Source of the DNA: Prasinococcaceae sp. CCMP 1430
Taxonomy: Eukaryota; Plantae; Prasinodermophyta
NCBI GenBank assembly: GCA_013416795.1
Contig: RQSC01000023.1
Span: 1-6,274 of the forward strand
Length of the DNA stretch: 6,274 nt
Direction: 5' to 3'
Shown: positions 1 through 5,592 of the stretch, piece by piece
How the letters are laid out: the number at the start of each line of letters is the position of its first letter
Position numbering within the stretch: the first letter of the stretch is position 1
The notes under the pieces: generated by a model
The model's database searches: none
What the model saw: only the letters and a program-made list of their open reading frames with translations
What the model was told of the DNA's origin: nothing
Position numbers and translations under genes: made by a program

Positions 1-134
1 CCGCCCCGGCCGCGTCCGCCAGCGCGGGGCGCGTGGCGAGTGGCGGCGGGTCGGCACGTGCGCCTCCGCCTTCTGCTGAGCTCGGCAGCTTCGGGCCGCG
101 GCACGGTTTTTTGTTCGAAGGGCGAAGAGGCCAA

Positions 135-139
135 TTACA
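135..139 (-). terminator. Possible TGTAA-type polyadenylation signal of RRP41
   Basis: Minus-strand TGTAA about 58 nt after the RRP41 stop, followed by an A-tract (plus-strand tttttt near 107-112). TGTAA is the known green-algal poly(A) signal. A 5-mer is weak evidence. Confidence 0.35.
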
Positions 140-196
140 CCACGGGGCGGCTGGCGCGCGCGCACGGCGCGCTCGCCGAGTGCGGCCGTCCGTGGC

Positions 197-1182
197 TCAC
201 TCCTGCTGCAGCGCGACCGGCCTTAGCTTGGCGTCGGCCCTCGCCGCGCGCGCGTTGGCCACGGCCGCGAGCGCCTTGCGCGCCTCCGCGCCCACACCGC
301 GCGCGCCCTCGGCTGCGAGCTCCGCGAGCGCGTCGAAGAGCTCCGTGGCAACCTTGCCCTCGCAATCGGCAGCGACTACCTCACCCAGCGACGGGTGCAT
401 CGACACGAGCAGTTTCGGGCCGCCGCCGAGCTGCTCTTGGTGCGTGCAGTCAAGCAGCCCATGCCCGTCCAGGTGGCCAACCTCGACTGCCGCCACGAGG
501 TCACGCATCGGAACGCCCGCGTCAGCAAGAGCGATGCTCGCGGCGTTGATGGCGCACGCCAGCGCGCCGCCGTCTGACGCAAGCACGTGGCAGCGCACGT
601 CCACGCGCGAGCGCGCGAGCTGCGAGAGCAGCACGGTCGCCTCGAGCGCCGAGCGCAGCACAGCCTGCGAGTCGGCGGCGCGGGTGCGCCCCACGCCGCG
701 GGAGCGCATGCCAGCTGCTGCGAACTGTGCCTCGGCGTACTCGACGCCAAGCACACCTGTCGGGGCGCGCGTCGGGCACGAGCGAGGTGCGCCGGACGCC
801 GCGTCAGCATGCAGCACAGAGCTCACGAGCGCGAACGCCAGCGCTAGGGGCGAGAACGAGCGCGCAATCCGTGGCCTCGCCGGCGCGGGGGCTGCAGGGG
901 CGAGCGAAGGCGAGCGATTGCACGCTCCCGCGCACCTCTGTTGGCCGCCGGCACGTACGGCGCGCCCTCCCCTCCCTGCGGTAGCCTCTCCCTACCCACC
1001 CCCTCTGCCGGCTCGCGCGGGCCATACACCGCGGCGACGGCAATCGTCTGCCCCATGCGGAACTCGCATGAGCCCGAGGCGCAGGGCACAACGCCGACCG
1101 TGGCGCACACGGCGCGCGCCTCCCGGGGGCGACGGCCGTCCTGCCGCAACCCCTCAGGGCTCACAAATTCCACCGCGCCCAT
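197..1182 (-). CDS. RRP41: Exosome complex component RRP41 (RNase PH-like; EXOSC4/Ski6), 2 exons: 1182-936 and 756-197, about 268 aa
   Basis: ATG at 1182 gives MGAVEFVSPEGLRQDGRRPRE...MGQTIAVAAVYGPRE, the RRP41 N-terminal E-x-x-S-x-x-G-x-R-x-DGRR and VYGP motifs. Exon 2 gives VEYAEAQF...LRSALEATVLLSQLARSRVDVRCHVLASDGG...AINAASIALADAGVPMRDLVAA...QEQLGGGPKL. TGA stop at 199-197. Splicing 936 to 756 keeps the frame (247+560=807 nt). Confidence 0.93.
757..935 (-). other. GT-AG spliceosomal intron of RRP41 (179 nt, phase 1)
   Basis: Donor AGAG|GTGCGC at 935, acceptor CCCCGACAG|GT at 757, CTGAC branch-like motif near 808-804. The join reads ANR-G-VLGVEY, matching RRP41 'DRALVNCQY/DHAVVLCEY'. Other in-frame acceptors exist at 844 and 892. 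Confidence 0.7.
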
Positions 1183-1480
1183 CGCGGGCGCGAGAGCGCA
1201 GCTCGCAGACTCGCCTCCCGCGCCTACGCACACCCCGCGCGCCCTCGCTGCTCCACACGCGCGCGCACTCGCCAACTGGGGCGGTGGCGGCGACGGCTTC
1301 GCGTTCGGCGGTTTGGGGTCTCACCGGCCCGGCGGCCCGGCGGCCTGGCGGCCGCGTCCCGCGAGGGACGCGCCTTCTCGGGGTGTGGCGCGCCTGCGTC
1401 GTGCGGGCTCGTGCGCGAGCCGAGCCGCCGCCGTCGCGGCTGGCCTGCCGGCGATGGCGCAGCCAAAGGCACCGCGCCGA

Positions 1481-1560
1481 ATGCAATCCAAAGTCTCGCG
1501 TTTGTAAATGTGATATCGAAGTAATTGGGGATATGTTTGGCGGTCGAAGGAAAACCGTAG
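1481..1560. promoter_or_regulatory. AT-rich island upstream of RRP41, probable promoter or nucleosome-depleted region
   Basis: 34/80 GC (1501-1540: 13/40) in a window that is otherwise strongly GC-rich. It lies about 300-380 nt upstream of the RRP41 ATG and downstream of the NDOR1 poly(A) signal. Confidence 0.4.
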
Positions 1561-1772
1561 GAGGCACTCGCGCGCCGCCAGCGAGCGCCGCGCCCCGCGG
1601 TGGGACGGCGCGGGGGGAGGCGACAGCGCCGCGGCTCTCGCACAGACGACGCACAAAAGGGCTGAGTTACTGCGTGCGGACGGGTATGCAGGCGGAGAGA
1701 TCCCCCTCCCCCCGCCCCGTCGTCCTCGCAGACTCTGCGGAGGTGCGCGAGTAGCGAAAGAATGAACGAATC

Positions 1773-1778
1773 TTTATT
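1773..1778 (-). terminator. AATAAA polyadenylation signal candidate for NDOR1
   Basis: Plus-strand tttatt equals minus-strand AATAAA within an AT-rich patch (1757-1781), about 93 nt after the NDOR1 stop. Confidence 0.5.
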
Positions 1779-1795
1779 ACTGCCGCGGGCCAGCA

Positions 1796-1837
1796 CGGCA
1801 ACGCCCCCGCCTCGCGCGGCAACGCCCCCGCCTCGCG
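1796..1837. repeat. Perfect 21-bp tandem duplication in the NDOR1 3' UTR
   Basis: CGGCAACGCCCCCGCCTCGCG at 1796-1816 and again at 1817-1837. Confidence 0.9.
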
Positions 1838-1870
1838 TTACGGCGTGCCCGCCGCGCGCTCACGAGACCC

Positions 1871-4105
1871 TCAAGACCAGGCCTCGACGTGGTACCGCCC
1901 CTCAGCCTGCGCGCGGGCGACGAAGCCCTTGCCGACGACGGCATCCAGAGCGGCCTGCACGTCGTCAGGCATGCGCTCGGCGGCGCCGACCACGTAGAAG
2001 TGCGCGCCCTCCGCAGCGAGCGCGCGCACCTCGGAGGCGTGGGCGCGGAGAGCGTGCTGCACGTACTTTGGCGCGGGGGTGCCGCCCATCGGGCGCGCGG
2101 GCGCTGTCTCGGCGCCCTCCGCTCTCGCGCCCTGCGCATCGGCATCCGGCTCGTCGCGCGAGTAGGCCCACGCGAGCAGCGAGATGTCGCCGTCGCGTGA
2201 CAGCGCCTCCCACTCCGCCGCGTAGAGGTCGTCGAGGCCCTTGTGGCGGCAGCCCACGAAGAGCGCCACGCGGCCGACCGGCACGCCTGCCCGTCTCGCG
2301 GCCGCGCGCTCGAGCAGCATAGCGCGCAGCGGCGCCACGCCCGTTCCGGGACCCACCAGCACCAGCGGCGCGCGCGGGTCGGCCGGGGGCCGCATGTCGC
2401 CCGCGCGCAGGCGGACGCGCGCCTGGGCTCCCGCTTGCAGCCTCCGCAAGTAGCGAGTGCACAGCCCCACGCGCGCGCGGCCGCGCGGCGTCTGCCACTC
2501 GGCCGGGGCCACGATTAGCTCCAACAGGGCGCCCTCGCCGGGTCGGGCGGTGCCCGGGTCGAATGCGTTGGCTACGCTCATGGGGCGCGGGCGCAGCCGG
2601 GGGGCGTGTTCGAGCATTGCTGCGAGTTGGGGCGAGGCGCTCGGAAAATCGTCGAGCACCTCCATAAGCGTGCGGTCGTCCGATCGAGCGTAGAGCTGCA
2701 GGTCGTCGGCGCCCTCGCGCGAGGCGAAGTGCGCCAGCCGGGCGCGCTCGCTCTCGTCGGCGCACGACTCCGCCAGAGCGGCGAGGCACGCTCGCGATGG
2801 CGTGGCGCCTGCAATGTCGAGGAAGGCCGACACCAGCTCGAGCGCTCGAACGCAGACCGCATCCCGGGGAGATTTCGCGCTCACGCCACACCCGTCCGCG
2901 TCGTTGGCCTGGATGCGCACCGCTCCATCGGCGGGCACGCCGCACCGCCGCAGCAGCTCCTCCGCCGTGCCTGGCGGCGGCTCGGGGTACACTTCCAGCG
3001 CGTCCCCCGCGCGCCACTCGACGCCCGGCGGCATGCGCAGACGCAGCGCGCGCACGTCCTTCACGCGCTGGTCGTCCGCCGTAGCACGCGCACACGCCTC
3101 GACGCGCACGAGCGCCGCCGCACCGCGCGAGCGCTCCAGCGCTGCCTCGGCGGGCGCCAACACGCTCGTGGCAGCGTGCGCGGCGGCGGTGGCGCCGCTG
3201 GCGACGAGCGCAATGCCGTGCGCGCGCGCGAGCGCGCGCAGGCCGCCGTCCGTGCGCGCATCGCAGGCGTCCGCTGCAGCGGACGCGCGCGCGCCCACTG
3301 CGCTCGCGCGTATTGCGAGCGCGTCCGGCGTGCCCTTGGCTGCGTCGATGGCGTCCTGGGGCGCGGGGAACGCCGCCCCCTTGCCCGCGCGCGGCGGCAG
3401 CGCGGCGCTGGCTTGGAGCGCGCGCCAAAGCGTCGGCAGCCACCTGTCGAACGCGGCCTCGTGGCCGCCTGACTTGTGGCGCGCGTCCCCCAGGCCGGCA
3501 ACGCACAGCCGCCTCGCACCGAGCTGCGCGAGCCGCGCGTCCAGCCGGCGCGCGGCGGCGTTGTACAGGGCGTATCCCGAGTCGCCGAGACCGAACACCG
3601 CGTAGCTGAGGTTTGCGAGCGAGTCCGCCGGCAGATCGGCCCTCCGCAGGAAGCTCCAGAAGGCGCTCATGTTGGCGGGCGCCTCGCCCTGTCCGTGCGT
3701 GCTCACGACGAAGACGGCGGCACGCGCGTGAGTGGCGAGCTGCGCGAGCGGCACCGCGTCGAGCGGCGCCACCGCCGTGGCTGGCGCCTCCCAGCCCGCG
3801 CGCCGCGCCTCGGACGCCACGCGCAGCGTGCGAAGGCGCGCCCGCGCGTGCCCGACCCCGCGCGCGCGCGCGCAGCTTGGCGGCGAGCGCGGAAGTGGAG
3901 GAGCGATAGGGACGAGGCACGCGCATCGCGCGCCCCCTGTGGCCTCATCCTCCCGGCACGCGCGCGCACCGCGCACGTGCGTGCGTGCCGTGTACGCGCG
4001 CGCTCGCGCGCGCGCGCACCGGGGGAACCGCCGGCGGGAGCCCGCCACCCTGTCAATCCGCCATGCGAACCCTCGATCCTCACCCCGAACCCGAACCCCT
4101 TCCAT
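1871..4105 (-). CDS. NDOR1: NADPH-dependent diflavin oxidoreductase 1 (NDOR1/Tah18/ATR3; CIA Fe-S electron donor). Start uncertain; recognisable homology spans 3823-1871
   Basis: Flavodoxin domain: VFVVSTHGQGE, FWSFL, YAVFGLGDSGY..YN..ARRLDARL..LGA, GLGD. FAD domain: PRLRPRPMSVA, GLCTRYL. NADPH domain: LVGPGTGVAPLRAM, LFVGCR, AYSR, KYVQH, YVVGAAERMP. The C-terminal GRYHVEAWS is NDOR1/ATR3-type rather than CPR-type. In-frame ATGs at 4105 and 4153, but 4153-3824 shows no family similarity. Confidence 0.9.
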   Translation of the reverse strand: MEGVRVRGEDRGFAWRIDRVAGSRRRFPRCARARARAYTARTHVRGARACREDEATGGARCACLVPIAPPLPRSPPSCARARGVGHARARLRTLRVASEARRAGWEAPATAVAPLDAVPLAQLATHARAAVFVVSTHGQGEAPANMSAFWSFLRRADLPADSLANLSYAVFGLGDSGYALYNAAARRLDARLAQLGARRLCVAGLGDARHKSGGHEAAFDRWLPTLWRALQASAALPPRAGKGAAFPAPQDAIDAAKGTPDALAIRASAVGARASAAADACDARTDGGLRALARAHGIALVASGATAAAHAATSVLAPAEAALERSRGAAALVRVEACARATADDQRVKDVRALRLRMPPGVEWRAGDALEVYPEPPPGTAEELLRRCGVPADGAVRIQANDADGCGVSAKSPRDAVCVRALELVSAFLDIAGATPSRACLAALAESCADESERARLAHFASREGADDLQLYARSDDRTLMEVLDDFPSASPQLAAMLEHAPRLRPRPMSVANAFDPGTARPGEGALLELIVAPAEWQTPRGRARVGLCTRYLRRLQAGAQARVRLRAGDMRPPADPRAPLVLVGPGTGVAPLRAMLLERAAARRAGVPVGRVALFVGCRHKGLDDLYAAEWEALSRDGDISLLAWAYSRDEPDADAQGARAEGAETAPARPMGGTPAPKYVQHALRAHASEVRALAAEGAHFYVVGAAERMPDDVQAALDAVVGKGFVARAQAEGRYHVEAWS

Positions 4106-4233
4106 TTGGGTTGGGTTGATGGGACCGTGCCCGGTGCAGTGGATCCGAGTCATGCAGCACCAAAAAAGAAGACAAATTAAGCCACGGGCGATACCCCCAG
4201 TTCGCGCCGCTCCGTTCCGCCCGGTGCGTTTTG
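4106..4233. promoter_or_regulatory. Short divergent (bidirectional) promoter region between NDOR1 and the TPR gene
   Basis: Head-to-head genes. AT-rich core CAAAAAAGAAGACAAATTAA at 4161-4180 (4/20 GC). Confidence 0.5.
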
Positions 4234-5193
4234 ATGGCCGTCGCGGCCGCTGGGCGCGGCGGCGGCGCCGTCGCGGCCGGCGGCGCCGTGTTCGACGAGC
4301 TCAAGGCCGCTGGCAACGCGGCCTTCATGGCGGGGGACTTCGCGGGCGCCATTGCGACCTTCACTGAGGGGCTCGCGCTGGACCCTTCATCGCACGTGCT
4401 GTACTCCAACCGCAGCGCCGCCAAGGCGGGCGCCGGCGACCTGAGAGGCGCGGCCGCCGACGCCCGCTGCTGCGTTGCGCTCGCGCCACGCTGGCCGCGC
4501 GGCCACGCGCGGCGCGCGCTCGCGGCCTTCCGCTCGGGGGACTACGCTACGGCCGCGGCCGCGTACGCCAGGGCGGTCGAGCTCGATCCCGAGAACGATT
4601 CGCACGCGGAGGCCGCCAAGCAGGCCAGCGAGTGCGCCAAGAAGCAGACAGAGGCCATGGACAGCGCCATGCGCGGGCGGTGGGAGCGGATGAAGGAGGA
4701 GCAAGCGCTGGCATGGGAGGACTTTGAGGAGAGCTATCCGAAGGTCGCGATGTGCTACGGCAGGGCGCAGACGGCCTGCGCAGCGGTGTGCGCCTCGGTC
4801 GGCACGCTACTCGCGGCCTTGCTCGGCAAGGCGCTCAAGCCCGCGTGGGAGAGGGCGCGCCCTTGGGTGGTTGTGCCCGCGTACGAGAAGCTCGGCGCGC
4901 CCGCGCTGGCGCGCATGTCCTCCGCGTGGGAGGCGTGCGAGTACGCGTTCGTGGCGCAAGTCCTGCCTGTGTACAGGTCGCACGTCGGCCCGGCGCTCGA
5001 CAAGGTGTGGACGCAGGCGCTGGTGCCGCTGTGGCGCGAGGTGCTCGTGCCTGTCTGGGCGGACAAGCTGGTGCCCTTCTTCGAGACGCAGGCCGTGCCG
5101 CGCGCCCAGGCCGCGTACGCGGCCGCTTGGCGGACGATCCGCGACCTCAAGGAGGGCAACGCCGCCGAGGCGGCTCAGAGCAAGGGCGATTGA
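4234..5193 (+). CDS. TPR-repeat co-chaperone-like protein (STI1/HOP TPR1-like 3-TPR domain) with a C-terminal Pro/Trp-periodic amphipathic region, 319 aa
   Basis: ATG 4234 to TGA 5191-5193. DELKAAGNAAF..GDF..AI..FTEGL.LDP..HVLYSNRSAA...WPRGHARRA.A...GDY..A..AY.RA.ELDPEN matches HOP TPR1-type repeats. Strong GC3 codon bias. No DP domains, so not full-length STI1. Confidence 0.85.
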   Translation: MAVAAAGRGGGAVAAGGAVFDELKAAGNAAFMAGDFAGAIATFTEGLALDPSSHVLYSNRSAAKAGAGDLRGAAADARCCVALAPRWPRGHARRALAAFRSGDYATAAAAYARAVELDPENDSHAEAAKQASECAKKQTEAMDSAMRGRWERMKEEQALAWEDFEESYPKVAMCYGRAQTACAAVCASVGTLLAALLGKALKPAWERARPWVVVPAYEKLGAPALARMSSAWEACEYAFVAQVLPVYRSHVGPALDKVWTQALVPLWREVLVPVWADKLVPFFETQAVPRAQAAYAAAWRTIRDLKEGNAAEAAQSKGD

Positions 5194-5305
5194 GCGACCC
5201 TCGAGGTGCGCCACCCCAGCTTGCCGCTTGACCCGCACGCGCGGAGAGCGCGCTACGCCGCACGGCTGGGTGCGGGGCCGTTCAGCGCTCACGCAGCACG
5301 CACGC

Positions 5306-5340
5306 ACACAATGTGTACACTGTGTACAGTAACAATGAAT
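5306..5340. terminator. Shared AT-rich 3' end zone of the convergent TPR and MsrA genes
   Basis: CACAATGTGTACACTGTGTACAGTAACAATGAAT, about 115-145 nt after the TPR stop and about 85-115 nt 3' of the MsrA SECIS. Confidence 0.35.
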
Positions 5341-5420
5341 CGCACCACAGCAAAAATCCTCGAGCTAGGCAGGGCGCGCACGCACGCGCGCGCTGTGTCC
5401 TGCCACCTGTCACCCGCCGC

Positions 5421-5490
5421 CGGCGCGCGACGTGTCGGCTGCGCCGCTGCCGTGTGGCATTGCGCGGCGCCGCGTCATATGTGCGGCCTT
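5421..5490 (-). promoter_or_regulatory. Eukaryotic SECIS element, type II, in the MsrA 3' UTR
   Basis: Minus strand reads AUGAC-GCGGCGCCGC-GCAA-UGCC-ACAC-GGCA-GCGGCGCAGC-CGAC. AUGA at 5478-5475 and CGAC at 5437-5434 form the UGAN/NGAN quartet. Helix II has 10 positions with 9 Watson-Crick pairs and one G.A. Unpaired AA at 5461-5460 lies 13 nt after UGA, followed by a 4-bp apical mini-stem. Helix I is imperfect (GGCCGCAC/GUCGCGCGCC). Confidence 0.88.
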
Positions 5491-5592
5491 TCGGCGTCGA
5501 GGGGAGTGGCGGGAGGGCCCGGGATGGGGCTCGGCGGGGCTTGCCTGGTCGCGCAGGGCGCGTCGGCGAGCAAGCTGCGCGCGCCCACAGGC

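Noticed and set aside
1454-1550. tRNA-like A-box TGGCGCAG
   Set aside because: No GTTCGANNC B-box at a suitable distance and no cloverleaf.
1470-1570. Protein-like reading YGFPSTAKHIPNYFDITFTNARLWIAF (minus ORF 1224-1796)
   Set aside because: Third-position GC is only about half, unlike the real genes here, and there is no recognisable family. It looks protein-like only because the DNA is AT-rich.
1654-1681. AAAAGGGCT...CTGCGTGCGGA resembling pieces of U11 snRNA
   Set aside because: The spacing is far too short and there is no Sm site or matching stems. Probably chance.
33-1754. 573-aa plus-strand ORF and other long ORFs overlapping the four genes (e.g. 1965-3926 -, 2606-3472 +, 5206-6171 +)
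   Set aside because: These are antisense or off-frame shadows of real genes. They are Arg/Ala/Pro-rich, carry no family motifs, and are expected where stop codons are rare in very high GC.
3845-3930. Off-frame GSGTRGRA or YRSSTSALAA as a frameshifted NDOR1 P-loop
   Set aside because: Both need gaps plus a frameshift to align, and the similarity is at chance level for GC-rich sequence.
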